64,000 nt of DNA from positions 199,662-263,661 of the forward strand of contig CBDDPW010000007.1 in assembly GCA_965232535.1 (NCBI GenBank), read 5' to 3'. The DNA comes from Candidatus Poribacteria bacterium (lineage in GTDB: Bacteria; Poribacteria; WGA-4E; JAJDTR01). Both the position numbers and the translations under genes were made by a program. A model generated the notes under the pieces. That model was not told the DNA's origin and made no database searches. It was given only the letters and a program-made list of their open reading frames with translations. Of the stretch, positions 38,512 through 49,500 are shown piece by piece (position 1 is the stretch's first letter; each line of letters starts with the position of its first letter).

Positions 38512-39090
38512 TTATGGGACATCCTGAATCATGTTTTCAAACTCCTCGGGAAGTGACCCCCACCACGACTCATCGGCACGGACGCGCAACAGATGTGTGT
38601 TGCCCGGGACATCGTTCGCACCCAAGCCGCGCTCGATAACCTGCGTGTGTGGATCTTGCTCTAGCTTCTTGGCGAGTCTGTCTTCCAATCGCTCCGAGGA
38701 ACGAATCGCGGAGAACCCCTTGATCTCCGCCGCATCCAAGTCCAAGAGGAAATCAACATTCCAGAACAGCGTCTTGCCCCGTTTTGGCAGCAGATTTCCA
38801 TCTCCCAATCCGCACTCGGCAAATTGCTCCACCATTTTCTCCCGAATACCGTGTGGAAGTTTGTCGCCACTCCGCGTAGCGTGCCGGACGAGCCGCCTAG
38901 CCAAAGAAGTGGCACCCTTTTCCGAGAGTGCGGAGCCGACGTAGGCATAGTCCCCGGCGGGAAGTGAAATCAGTTTGCCTTTCTTGAAGCGTCCGAATTG
39001 TAATGAGGTGTCTTCTCTGAGGCGAACTCGCAGGACATAAGTTCCAGCTTGCGATTTGTCGCCAATGATAATAACACTTGGGATATTCAC
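38512..39090 (-). CDS. DUF123 (GIY-YIG/Uri-superfamily-like) protein
   Basis: 192 aa with 'GDYAYVGSALSEKGATSLARRLVRH' and 'WNVDFLL', matching the DUF123 pattern (G.Y.YVGSA...R..RH...WH.DYL). Confidence 0.6.
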   Translation of the reverse strand: MNIPSVIIIGDKSQAGTYVLRVRLREDTSLQFGRFKKGKLISLPAGDYAYVGSALSEKGATSLARRLVRHATRSGDKLPHGIREKMVEQFAECGLGDGNLLPKRGKTLFWNVDFLLDLDAAEIKGFSAIRSSERLEDRLAKKLEQDPHTQVIERGLGANDVPGNTHLLRVRADESWWGSLPEEFENMIQDVP

Positions 39091-39179
39091 TGCTTCCCCC
39101 GATTATCGCGCAATCTCTGTCTGAAGCACGGAGTCTTTCGGATTCATGGATGGCACCAATTTGCCAACCGGACTTTGAA

Positions 39180-39554
39180 TTATTGGATCGGTAAGCGGCG
39201 CACGCGCACCGTCAGATGATTAATGGTTACAGCGCAGCCTTCCATGAGCGCCTCTTCGATCTGAGGCATGACCGCCCGCAACGTCCGGGTAATAGTCTCG
39301 GGATCAGAGACGAATAAGCGGAGGGTAATCAAGCTGGGTCTTGCATACCCTCTCAACGCCACTAATTCGGAGAAGTCCAAATCCTGCGTAACAATAACGC
39401 GGTTCTGTTGGCGAGCAAATTCGAGGATTTCAAAATCTTCGGCATCCATCGGCAAAACCTGCGAAACTCGGAGTATGTCCCAGCCCTGTTCGCGCAAATC
39501 AGCGACAGTCGCCGGTGAAAGATTCATATCGGCCAGAAAACGGAGTGAAGTCAT
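39180..39554 (-). CDS. DUF5615-family PIN-like toxin
   Basis: 124 aa with 'LRFLADMNLSPATVADLREQGWD' and 'VIVTQDLDF'. Lies 9 nt downstream of a DUF433 gene. Confidence 0.7.
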   Translation of the reverse strand: MTSLRFLADMNLSPATVADLREQGWDILRVSQVLPMDAEDFEILEFARQQNRVIVTQDLDFSELVALRGYARPSLITLRLFVSDPETITRTLRAVMPQIEEALMEGCAVTINHLTVRVRRLPIQ

Positions 39555-39563
39555 CTGTAATCT

Positions 39564-39794
39564 CTACATCGCTCGCGTCGCGGAAAGCCGATCCGAAACC
39601 ACCCAGGCGGCATACTTCATCGTCTGCTTTACATCATCAACCTCTAATTCCGGATAGGCTGTAATGACATCTTCAACCGAGCTGCCGCCGGCCAGCATTT
39701 TAAGAATCACGCTTAACGTAATTCGCGTGCCTCGAATTACAGGTTGACCTAGGCAAACCTTGGGGTTGATTTGGATTCGATCTAGTTTCTCCAT
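39564..39794 (-). CDS. DUF433-family antitoxin
   Basis: 76 aa with 'GQPVIRGTRITLSVILKMLAGGSSVEDVITAYPELEVDDVKQTMKYA'. Confidence 0.75.
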   Translation of the reverse strand: MEKLDRIQINPKVCLGQPVIRGTRITLSVILKMLAGGSSVEDVITAYPELEVDDVKQTMKYAAWVVSDRLSATRAM

Positions 39795-39902
39795 TTTTAT
39801 CTCCTCTAAACTTGGGATAGCAAAATTGAAGACAGTATCGTTTTAGCGACCCGAGATGTACGAAAACGCATAAGCGAATAAGAAATCGAATGTGATTAAG
39901 AA

Positions 39903-40946
39903 TAGGAGTTACGCAGTTGGTTCAAGCGTGTAGAGAGGTTCTGCCAAGTAAGCACGCACCGCATCTCTGACAATAGAGAGTTTTGCTTCAAACCAACTGA
40001 CCCCGGTATGATAACAGTAGTGCTCAATTCTCAGAAAGGCTCTCAGCGCTAAACCAATATGATTTCTTTGAGTGCGAGCAGAGCGCACTTGTCCTCGCTC
40101 AATGCCAACAAATTGCTTAATCCCGCGATGATATTCTTCTATTGTCCAAGACCATTCCGTATATTTGAGACGCGTCAATGCGTCCATCTGTAAATCATTT
40201 GTTGCCCAATATTCAATGTCACCTTCTGGAGTGTCAACCTTGAATATTCGAACCAATCCATAACCTTTTAGATGAACAGTTGTCCCCGTGGGTTCAATTG
40301 GGAGCGTACTCACCGGACGGTTACCGGAATAATCTTTACTGACAAGTCGGTTGGGAGCTAGACGAGTGACCCATGTCCAACCATGATCTCGCACCGCTTT
40401 TAGATTCTTTAGACTGGCATACCAACTATCAAAACACACACATTCAGGAGCAAAACCGCGTGTTTTCGCTTCTTCAAGCATGGCGCGGAAATGGTCATTT
40501 TTCGTCAAGCCGTCTTTGGCTTTATCATAGATTCGATAATCGCATGGAATATGTCTATCGCCATCCGTCCACAGCAAAGTGACCAAGTTAATCCCATTCA
40601 CAACTCGGTGGTGTTTCCCTGACCAGTGTTTTGTTACCAGTTCAATCTTTTGTGAATACGGTTTATCCAGAGTCGAGTCATCTATAACTAAAATGCCGGA
40701 TTCCAATTTCACCTGATGTTTCGATTCGCGCCACAGTTTGCCGCTGTCGGGATCCTCCCGATGCAGCAGCCGTGTTATCGAATCATGAGCCGGTGGGTTA
40801 TCAGCTTGGGGTTGAACTTTTTCCGCTTCAAGACAACTGTAACTTTTCTGAGCGCCAACCAAGAAATCAATATAGTCAGTGTCAGTATATTTGGGTGGAT
40901 TCATGCTCAAATTATAAACTATTTTCACTCAACTGCGTAACTCCTA
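39903..40946 (-). mobile_element. complete compact IS (IS701/IS4-like DDE transposase), 1,044 bp
   Basis: Perfect 17-bp terminal inverted repeats 'taggagttacgcagttg' (39903-39919) and 'caactgcgtaactccta' (40930-40946). Flanking 5-bp direct repeat AAGAA (39898-39902 and 40947-40951). A single transposase ORF fills the element. Confidence 0.85.
39909..40928 (-). CDS. DDE transposase (IS701-like)
   Basis: 339 aa. Candidate catalytic residues lie in 'VIDDSTLDKPYS', 'VCFDSWYAS' and 'WTIEEYHRGIKQFVGIERGQVRS' (the Y-R-E-K region typical of IS4/IS701 enzymes). Confidence 0.75.
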   Translation of the reverse strand: MKIVYNLSMNPPKYTDTDYIDFLVGAQKSYSCLEAEKVQPQADNPPAHDSITRLLHREDPDSGKLWRESKHQVKLESGILVIDDSTLDKPYSQKIELVTKHWSGKHHRVVNGINLVTLLWTDGDRHIPCDYRIYDKAKDGLTKNDHFRAMLEEAKTRGFAPECVCFDSWYASLKNLKAVRDHGWTWVTRLAPNRLVSKDYSGNRPVSTLPIEPTGTTVHLKGYGLVRIFKVDTPEGDIEYWATNDLQMDALTRLKYTEWSWTIEEYHRGIKQFVGIERGQVRSARTQRNHIGLALRAFLRIEHYCYHTGVSWFEAKLSIVRDAVRAYLAEPLYTLEPTA

Positions 40947-41072
40947 AAGAAATTCAATCCTAACAGATCAAATAGTATTCAATCGTAATCAATTGACGAG
41001 CCAATATCTCGCAAATCTAACTGAAAATCCTTTTTGCTTCATGCCCCTTGTTGCCAGCTCACAAATAGAGAG

Positions 41073-41900
41073 TCACTTCGCCCTTTGCATCTCAATCCAA
41101 TCTACAGCGAAGTCCACAATCTCTCGCTGCGGCATGAGTTGGCAATCTGCCAAACCAACCCTCCCGTGATGAATCACATTTCCTGCCTCGAAATTCACAA
41201 AGTCATCGCCAATGTGCTCAAAGTCGGAAGCATCCAAGTCGATATTTTCAAAGGTGGCCCACGTTCTCGCACCCGACGTGCAAATCGGCGCACCCTCCCG
41301 CACGATGCGTTTGGTTGGGCAGGTCGCCCGATATTCTGCGAGGTGTAGGAACGAATTGCGGTCATGGCCGACGCCAAGGAGAAGCACATGTCGGTCCAAA
41401 TCGTAGATTCTAGCAAGCGGCGATCCTTCGCCCATGCCAAATGCTAAGAAATGATTGTCCGTGATTTCTTTCGCGCGGGCTCCAAACGCACAGAACGAAA
41501 GGCGCGGATGTGCGCTGCGGAGGACTCCGTTTTGCTTGCGGAAGGTTTCAGCAACAATCCCCATTGAGCGAGTCGGGGTCAAATCCGGACGGTAAGCTGG
41601 CATCGTCTCACGTATGATGTGCCACCATGACCGAGGGACAAGCGGATTTTCCCACTGACCTGGATCGCTCAGTCCAGTTGAATGGGAGGGCATCACGAGA
41701 GTACCAGTGCAACCCAAAATGTTCTGAAGCGCAATGATGACGGCTACAGTTCCTCCGTTGACCCATCCCATGGCGCTCAAGGAGGAATGAACCAACAACA
41801 CCATCCCCGATTCAACTCCGAGGCCGGCGAAATCTGCCTGCAACGAATCAACCGTGACAGGCATTTTTGATTTCCGGATGACCTGACCTTCAGATGTCAT
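41073..41900 (-). CDS. AAC(3)-family aminoglycoside N-acetyltransferase-like protein
   Basis: 275 aa. 'LGVESGMVLLVHSSLSAMGWVNGGTVAVIIAL...GTLVMPSHS' matches the AAC(3) (antibiotic N-acetyltransferase) family N-terminal signature. The start overlaps the upstream antiporter stop by 4 nt. Confidence 0.75.
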   Translation of the reverse strand: MTSEGQVIRKSKMPVTVDSLQADFAGLGVESGMVLLVHSSLSAMGWVNGGTVAVIIALQNILGCTGTLVMPSHSTGLSDPGQWENPLVPRSWWHIIRETMPAYRPDLTPTRSMGIVAETFRKQNGVLRSAHPRLSFCAFGARAKEITDNHFLAFGMGEGSPLARIYDLDRHVLLLGVGHDRNSFLHLAEYRATCPTKRIVREGAPICTSGARTWATFENIDLDASDFEHIGDDFVNFEAGNVIHHGRVGLADCQLMPQREIVDFAVDWIEMQRAK

Positions 41901-42916
41901 GTTGCTCGGAACACGTAGCTCACAACCATCACGGCGACATAAGCGGCAATAAGCACAACGCCAAAAGGTCGTTTCAGCGTATCACCGGAGGTGAAGATGC
42001 CGATTCGAAACACAACCAAAATAAACAGCATCGTCGGGAATAGAATAAAGAAGAAATGAGATGCGGCAACCAAACCTCCACGAGTGACGGCGGCTGACAC
42101 CCCGGCGACAAAGAGTACATTGAGAATATCGGCGCCGATGACGTTTCCGACTGCCAATTCGCCGTGCCCTCTTCTCGCCGCCGTAACTGCCGTGACAAAC
42201 TCCGGCAGCGACGTGCCCAGTGCAACAATGGAGGCGGCGATAATACTTTGGGGAACGTGTAGTCGTATGGCGGTCTCTTTCGCCGCAGGGATAAGAATCC
42301 ATGAGGAGGCAACAACGACGGCAATGGCGAACACCAGCTTGAGGACCACGAAAAGTGCGTTGGCATTTCCTTCGGCTGATTCTACCTCTTCGGTGACTGC
42401 ATCTTGATCCACATCACGAGACCACCGAATCGACTGCCACATATAGGCGATAAGGAGTACCAAGAAGGCGAATCCCATGAATTGCGGCAGATGCCTTCCT
42501 TCCGTGCCGACGAATAGACAAGAGACAACCAGGAGGACACCCGCGCCGAGTTGCAGCCAGCCCTGGCGGTTGACAATCCTTCGGTTAAGCGGCAAGGGAG
42601 CGATTAAAGCCGCGGTTCCAAGAATTAGACCGGTGTCACAGATGATTGACCCAACCGCATTTCCTAGTGCAAAATCCGGGTTGCCTTTGATAGCTGCCAA
42701 CACCGAGACAGCGGCTTCAGGCGTGGTGGTGCCCAAACTTACGATAGTTGCACCAATGAGAACTTTGGGAACTCCCCAGCGCACGGACAGAATCACGGCT
42801 TCCTCAACCAGCCAATCCGCACCCTTGCCCAGGGTGTAGAGGGTAACAACGATGACAAGGAAAAGAGCGTACAGAGGCAATCCTTCAATGATGTGGTGAA
42901 TCCACGCTTCCATCAC
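41897..42916 (-). CDS. Ca2+/cation antiporter (CaCA family, YrbG-like)
   Basis: 339 aa and polytopic, with two alpha-repeats 'GTTTPEAAVSVLA' and 'GTSLPEFVTAVTA' plus 'GNAVGSIICD'/'GNVIGADILN'. Confidence 0.85.
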   Translation of the reverse strand: MMEAWIHHIIEGLPLYALFLVIVVTLYTLGKGADWLVEEAVILSVRWGVPKVLIGATIVSLGTTTPEAAVSVLAAIKGNPDFALGNAVGSIICDTGLILGTAALIAPLPLNRRIVNRQGWLQLGAGVLLVVSCLFVGTEGRHLPQFMGFAFLVLLIAYMWQSIRWSRDVDQDAVTEEVESAEGNANALFVVLKLVFAIAVVVASSWILIPAAKETAIRLHVPQSIIAASIVALGTSLPEFVTAVTAARRGHGELAVGNVIGADILNVLFVAGVSAAVTRGGLVAASHFFFILFPTMLFILVVFRIGIFTSGDTLKRPFGVVLIAAYVAVMVVSYVFRAT

Positions 42917-44400
42917 ACACCTCCATTCACATGACTTATTGCCCGGTCAAGTCTTTGCATCACCTTTTCTTTACCCAATAGCGTGATAATCTCAAATAGA
43001 CCTGGTCCAAAAGAAACCCCGGTAAGGGCGATGCGCATGGGCTGCATAGCTTGAACTCGCTTGACGTCGATAGTGTCCGTATATTCCCAGATAGCGGATT
43101 CAACCTCCTCAAGATTGAACGTCTTGAGGGACGCCATCACGTCGCGCAAGCCACCCAGTATGCCAAGCACCGTGTCCTTCTTCCACCATTTCTTGACTGC
43201 CTTCGGATCATAATCAAAATCGTCAACAAAGAAATAGCTCGTCTGCGGGATGATGTCCGCCAACGTCGTCAACCGATCTTCGACCGATTCAACAATTTTC
43301 TCTAGCCAAGCCTCGCGGTCTGGCGTAAGATTAGTCTTCAATAACAATCCCTCCTTTTGGAGAAAAGGAATCACGGCATCGGTTCGCGCCGCGATGTCCA
43401 TGTCCATAATGTAGTGTCCGTTTAACCATTGCAATTTCTGGATGTCGAAGACACTGTTGGTCTTTCCAACCCGTCCCAAGTCGAATTTTTCTATGAGTTC
43501 GTCAATCGAGAAGATTTCCGTTTTATCATCAAAAGACCAGCCAAGCCGCACTAAAAAGTTGATCACTGCCTGCGGAAGATACCCATCTTGCCGGTACTTT
43601 CCCACAGAGACAAGATCGCCGTGACGCCGCTTGCTGAGTTTTTCACCCTTTGCGCTATTGAGCACGAGTGGCACATGCGCGAATTGAGGCGGCTGCATGC
43701 CCAGCGCCCGACATATCAATGCCTGCTTTGGCATGTTGTTGACGTGGTCGGCACCTCGGATAATATGCGTAATCCCCATTTCCAGATCATCGATGGTCGA
43801 CGTTAGATTGTACAGTGGCGATCCGTTCGATTTAACAATCACTTCATCTTGGAGCGCGTCCGCTTCGACTCGAATGTCACCCAAAATCAGGTCTTCCACC
43901 GTAATCGGTTCCGGAGGAACTTTGAGTCGTACAACCGGTCTGCGTCCTTCCGCTTCCAATCTCCGACAATCTGCGGGTGTAAGATTGCGGCATTTGCCCG
44001 TATACGTTTGATCTCGTTTTTCGGCTCTTGCTCGCTCGCGCATCTCCGCCAATTCTTCCGGCGTGCAGTAACAGCGATAGGCGTTGCCGTTATCCAGCAG
44101 TTGCCTCATATACTTCTCGTAGATTTCTCTTCGTTCAGATTGAACGTAGGGCGAATGCGGACCACCAACAGTTTCGCCTTCGTCCCACTCCAAGCCTAGC
44201 CACTTTAGCGAATCGTAGATTTCCCGCATCGATTCCTCGGTCGATCGCTGTTCGTCCGTGTCATCAATCCTAAGAATGAATGTCCCGCCATGGTGTCTGG
44301 CAAAGAGCCAGTTGAATAGCGCCGTTCTCGCAGAACCAATATGCAGGAACCCGGTCGGGGAGGGGGCAAAACGCACTCTGACTCCTGAATCTCCCGTCAT
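42913..44400 (-). CDS. gltX: glutamate--tRNA ligase
   Basis: 495 aa with 'RFAPSPTGFLHIGSARTALFNW' (HIGH) and 'KLSKRHG' (KMSKS). Confidence 0.95.
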   Translation of the reverse strand: MTGDSGVRVRFAPSPTGFLHIGSARTALFNWLFARHHGGTFILRIDDTDEQRSTEESMREIYDSLKWLGLEWDEGETVGGPHSPYVQSERREIYEKYMRQLLDNGNAYRCYCTPEELAEMRERARAEKRDQTYTGKCRNLTPADCRRLEAEGRRPVVRLKVPPEPITVEDLILGDIRVEADALQDEVIVKSNGSPLYNLTSTIDDLEMGITHIIRGADHVNNMPKQALICRALGMQPPQFAHVPLVLNSAKGEKLSKRRHGDLVSVGKYRQDGYLPQAVINFLVRLGWSFDDKTEIFSIDELIEKFDLGRVGKTNSVFDIQKLQWLNGHYIMDMDIAARTDAVIPFLQKEGLLLKTNLTPDREAWLEKIVESVEDRLTTLADIIPQTSYFFVDDFDYDPKAVKKWWKKDTVLGILGGLRDVMASLKTFNLEEVESAIWEYTDTIDVKRVQAMQPMRIALTGVSFGPGLFEIITLLGKEKVMQRLDRAISHVNGGV

Positions 44401-44452
44401 ATTAATTGAAATAAACTCCTTTCTTCTATAGGAATCCTATATCATCTGTGCG

Positions 44453-46207
44453 TTACGAAGTGTTCTTCTGTGTTTTTTGAATCTTTGCCCAAGTGTCTCG
44501 CAGTGTTACCGTTCGATTGAACACCAGTTTCTTGTCGGAAGAGTCGGGATCTACACAGAAATAACCTTTCCTAAGGAATTGGTAGTAGCCGCCAAGTGTC
44601 GCCCTCGCAAGGCTAGGCTCAACCCTGGCGGAATTCAGTATCTGCAGCGAATTGGGGTTGAGATAATCTGTAAACTCGCGTCCTTCCTCCACGTCGTTAG
44701 GATTCTCCTTGGTGAACAGGTGTTCATACAAGCGTACTTCAGCCTCAATCGCATGACGTGCAGAGACCCAATGCAGCGTGCCGCGCACCTTCCGGCCGTC
44801 TTCAGACCACCCTCCGCGCGTGGTTGGGTCGTAGGTGCAGTGGACTTCGACAATCTCGCCTGTGTTTTCATCCTTGACCACACGATCGCATTTTACGTAA
44901 TAAGCATGTTTGAGACGCACCTCCCGTCCCGGCGCGAGACGGAAATACTTCCTTGGCGGATCTTCCATGAAGTCCTCGCGTTCAATATAAAGTTCTCGCG
45001 AGAAGGGTATTTCACGCGATCCCATCGTCTCGTCTTCGGGATTGTTTTCGGCTTCCAGTAATTCCACTTTGTCTTCGGGATAGTTATCAATAATGACTTT
45101 AAGCGGGTCTAACACCGCCATGACGCGCAGCGCTCGTTGGTTCAAGTCTTGGCGAAGGCAGTATTCCAGCAAAGAAATTTCGACCAGATTATCGGCTTTT
45201 GCAATTCCAATCCGCCTACAGAAATCTCGGATAGCCTCGGGGGTATAGCCACCACGGCGCAAGCCCGCCAACGTGGGCATCCGGGGATCGTCCCACCCGT
45301 TAACGTGCCCATCTTCCACCAACCGAATCAACTTCCGTTTGCCGAGTACGGTGTTGGTGAGATACAACTTCGCAAACTCAATCTGCTGCGGATGATAGAT
45401 GTCCAACTGATCGAGGAACCAGTCATATAGAGGACGATTGATTTCAAATTCAAGAGAACACAGAGAGTGTGTAATGCCTTCGATCGAGTCGGAAATACAA
45501 TGGGTAAAGTCGTACATGGGATAGATGCACCACTCATCGCCCGTGTTATGATGTGTCGCGTAGAGGATGCGATACATGACGGGATCGCGCATAACCAAGT
45601 TCGGAGATGCCATATCGATTTTCGCTCGAAGCGTGCGCGAACCCTCTTCGAACTCGCCTGCTCTCATGCGCTCGAAGAGGTCTAGGTTCTCTTCGATGGA
45701 GCGGTCGCGAAATGGGCTATCCACTCCCGGTTCGGTTAACGTACCCCGATATTTTCCGTAGCTTATTTCTTCCGCCGTCAGGTCACAAACATAGGCTACG
45801 CCCTTTTTTATTAGCTGTACGGCATATTGATAGAGTTGCGCAAAGTAGTCGGACGCATAGAATTCCCGCTGTTCCCAATCGAAACCGATCCATTGTATGT
45901 CTTCTTTGATTGATTCCACATACTCGACATCTTCCTTGATTGGATTGGTGTCATCGAATCGTAGGTTATAGAGTCCACTGTAATCTTCGGCAATGCCGAA
46001 ATTGATACAAATAGCTTTCGCGCTGCCAAGGTGTATGTAGCCGTTCGGTTCCGGCGGGAATCGCGTATGCACTCGACCACCGTGTTTATCGGTTCTCAAG
46101 TCCTCCTCGATTATCTGTCGAATAAAGTCAGCGGGCGCCGCAGAAAAATTGACGGAGTCGTCTTTATTGTCAACCCCGCCTCCTCCTGCGGTCGTTTCAT
46201 TTGTCAT
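44453..46207 (-). CDS. glnS: glutamine--tRNA ligase
   Basis: '[22 protein letters not shown]', 'RFDDTNP', and the GlnRS-type C-terminal beta-barrels. I prefer the ATG at 46207 ([10 protein letters not shown]), which has AGGAGAG upstream. The ORF-track start at 46339 adds 44 non-conserved residues. Confidence 0.9.
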   Translation of the reverse strand: MTNETTAGGGGVDNKDDSVNFSAAPADFIRQIIEEDLRTDKHGGRVHTRFPPEPNGYIHLGSAKAICINFGIAEDYSGLYNLRFDDTNPIKEDVEYVESIKEDIQWIGFDWEQREFYASDYFAQLYQYAVQLIKKGVAYVCDLTAEEISYGKYRGTLTEPGVDSPFRDRSIEENLDLFERMRAGEFEEGSRTLRAKIDMASPNLVMRDPVMYRILYATHHNTGDEWCIYPMYDFTHCISDSIEGITHSLCSLEFEINRPLYDWFLDQLDIYHPQQIEFAKLYLTNTVLGKRKLIRLVEDGHVNGWDDPRMPTLAGLRRGGYTPEAIRDFCRRIGIAKADNLVEISLLEYCLRQDLNQRALRVMAVLDPLKVIIDNYPEDKVELLEAENNPEDETMGSREIPFSRELYIEREDFMEDPPRKYFRLAPGREVRLKHAYYVKCDRVVKDENTGEIVEVHCTYDPTTRGGWSEDGRKVRGTLHWVSARHAIEAEVRLYEHLFTKENPNDVEEGREFTDYLNPNSLQILNSARVEPSLARATLGGYYQFLRKGYFCVDPDSSDKKLVFNRTVTLRDTWAKIQKTQKNTS

Positions 46208-46574
46208 TAAGTCTCTCCTCTTGCTTGCATGAAGCGTCTCGTTCAAGTCTTCGAATTGAACGAGTAGGATACAAATTCTTTGATAAGGGTTAAGTAATTC
46301 GGTTTGTATGTATTTTGTACGTATTAAGGTGGACTCCAAGTCTCACAACATTATACCACAGGCATTGCGGGAAGTCACGAAAGACCTTTGGAGAATTCCG
46401 AGTAGAGTCATTGAAAGGATACAAGTGGAACCTGTCACAAAGATTTAGTGGCATCAATCACACCGCTTGATAGATTGGCGCGCGTGTGATATAATTTCTG
46501 GTGATCGCCTTGCTTAGTCCAATCAAACGATAATGTCGCGCGTCCCACATAAATTTCTCGGAGAAAGATTCCTT

Positions 46575-49500
46575 ATGCCACGAAAATTAACGCTTATATT
46601 TTGCACCATCATCGTAGGTACAACCTGCTGTTTTGAGGGTATTTCCCAGCCTTCTCATGATCCGGCGATCCACACATCGCTTCACAAACTAGACACCTTA
46701 TTAAAGCCGCTTGTGATGAGACACGCAGGCTCTATTCAGAAGGGCTATGCCTCCCCGTTGATCCGGTATTCTGAACGGTATGGCACGGATGTAATTAAGG
46801 CGATGCTTTTAATGTCGGACTCGCCGCACACTCTTCGCACTCTCGGCGTAGATTTACAATCGGTTATACGACTGAACTATCATTCGCACGGCTTCTTGGT
46901 CACAGCTGAGCTCCCTGTTAATTTACTTCCAGAAGTCGTGATGATGCGGAATGTAACCTATATTCATGCTGCCCGTCGGGCTCAATTGGCTGCCCCTTCA
47001 CTGGATAGAAGTGCTCTCGCTACCGGTGCAAGTCAGGTGTGGAAAAGTAACCCCACCTATACCGGGAAGGATGTCGTCGTCGGAATAATTGATTCGGGCA
47101 TTGATTGGGCTCACGAAGATTTTAAGAATCCGGACGGAAGTTCGAGAATCCTGTGGATCTGGGATCAGACGCAAACAGCAGCCGGCCAAGTCCCTCAAGA
47201 CTTTGGCTATGGAACAGAATGGACGCAGATGCAAATCAACGAGGGTACTCCAAATCAGAACGATTATGACGGACACGGCACCCATATCGCTTCAATAGCC
47301 GCCGGCAACGGCAGGGGCACGGGCGTGCAACGCTCCGCTCCAAGATTCGTGGGAATGGCACCGGAAGCTGACATAATTGCAGTTAAATCGCACTTGTTCG
47401 AGAATCAGGTGTTGGATGCGGCGCGCTATATCTTTGAAAAAGCGGAATCGCTTGGAAAACCGGCAGTTGTGAACATGAGCTTCGCATACCAAATAGGCCC
47501 GCACGATGGACGAACGCTATTGGAGCAGGGGTTGAACCAACTTGTTGAAGAAACGTCCGGCAGGGCGATTGTCGCGAGCGCGGGGAACAGGGGAGAAAGT
47601 ACAATCCATGCCGGAGCAGTTCTGGTGCCTCCGGAAGGAGAAAACTATCCAAAGCTAATTCCTGTGCCGGATTTCAACGACGCCACTCTCTATACAATCA
47701 TCTGGTATTCATCCAAGGAATCCATCTCTGTGCGGGTGAAAGTGCCCGGGACCAATCCAGGAGAAACCGTTGATTTCGAGTGGGTTCCTCCCGGACAGGT
47801 GGATGATTTCGATATCCCGAAGGGGCCATGGGAAGGTGCGACGTTGATTATCGATTCCCAGCAGCAGCATCCGGTTTATCCGGATCTTGCATCTATCATC
47901 GTTTGGCTGTGGAATGGTGGTGACATAGGTTTGCCACTTGATCGGTACGAGATGACGATTGAACTTGACGGGCCAGGAGTTCCTTTCGATGCCTACTACT
48001 TGTCTAGTGAAATCGACGGCGGGTTCAGAACGGATAGCCCTGATCCATGGCTAATCCCGGGCGATGCCAATAAAACCATCGGCATGCCGTCAACGGCAAG
48101 AGGTGTCATCAGTGTCACCTCCTATGTTACGCGAAACGACTGGGTGGATATGTTTGGCTTTCTGAGAGCCGTTGATGCAACTGTCGGAGAAATCTCTAGC
48201 ATATCTAGTGTAGGACCAAGTCGTGATGAGAAAGAGAAGCCGAATCTCGCCGCTCCGGGAGAGATGATAGTTGCGGCGCTCGCCGGGCGGAGTTGGGGAT
48301 ACCCTCCATTGGTTCTGGAAGACCAAAGCCATATCGCACTCCGGGGATCGAGTGTCGCCGCCGCTCATGTTACAGGTGCGGTGGCACTTTTGCTTCAGCA
48401 GGAACCCGCGAGAACAGTGGTAGATTTGCAGCGCCTCCTGATGGAGCGTGCCGTGGATAGCGGAGATCCGGGCTGGGACAGCTACTGGGGTGCGGGGCAA
48501 CTGAACATTCTAGCATCATTGGACGTTCCTGCAGTCCCACAGGGCTTTACCGCTGTTTCAGAAGACGGGGCGGTGAGTTTAAGCTGGATGGCAAATGTCG
48601 AATCCAACATCGCCGGGTATAGACTCCACATCTCGGACCGGACGTTTGATCTCGGAAATGTCGAGACCCTTAGGTTAACTGACCTCCAGAACGGTGTACC
48701 CATCGTTGTCGCGTTAAGCGCATTCAACACCGCCGGAAATGAGAGTGCCAAGACGAGGCCGTTGATTGTAATCCCAACGGCAAATCCCGGAGGAGAAGAC
48801 ACCACTTCACCGACGCCGCCTACCGGCTTGATTGTGACGCCGGGAGATGGCAGCGTTGGACTGGTCTGGAACCCAAATCCGGAGCCGGACGTTGCAGGTT
48901 ACATAATTCTGTTTGGTGGTGCTCCCGGCGAGTATTTTGCTCACTTTGATGTGCAAAACGAGACCTTTCTGCGAGTAACGGGAGCAGAAAATGATGTGCC
49001 CCTCTTTGTTGTCGTTGTTGCTTTTGATTCGGCAGGAAATGTAAGCGAACTCTCTGAAGAAGTAGAATTCACTCCCACTGCTCAAGAGTCCACATTAGTT
49101 CCCGACCAAGAGGGATGGCCATTTCAGACTGAAAGCGAGGTGTTTTCCTCACCGGTGCTCGTCGACCTTGATGGAGACGGCACGCTCGAGATTATTGTAG
49201 GTTCAAAGGATGGATTGCTCCAAGTTTGGAATCATGACGGATCATCGGTTACCGGTTGGCCACAAGAAACCGACGGCGAGTTGATAGCCACGCCGTCCGT
49301 GGGCGACCTAGACGCAGATGGCAGCCTTGAAATTGTGCTTCCGGTCGAAAGGCGAGTCTACATTTTCCGCCGCGATGGCACACGTTTCAACTCGGAATGG
49401 CCGAAACGCTTCAAGAGCCGCATTATTGCCGCGGCTACCCTCGCCGATCTCGACAAAGATTTTGACAAGGAAATAATTATTGTCACCAAAACAGACGGCG

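Noticed and set aside
41073-41900. AAC(3)-family gene as antibiotic-resistance cargo mobilised by the neighbouring IS701-like element.
   Set aside because: The gene lies outside the IS inverted repeats and target duplication. Its start overlaps the stop of the upstream housekeeping antiporter gene. There is no second IS copy to form a composite transposon in the window.
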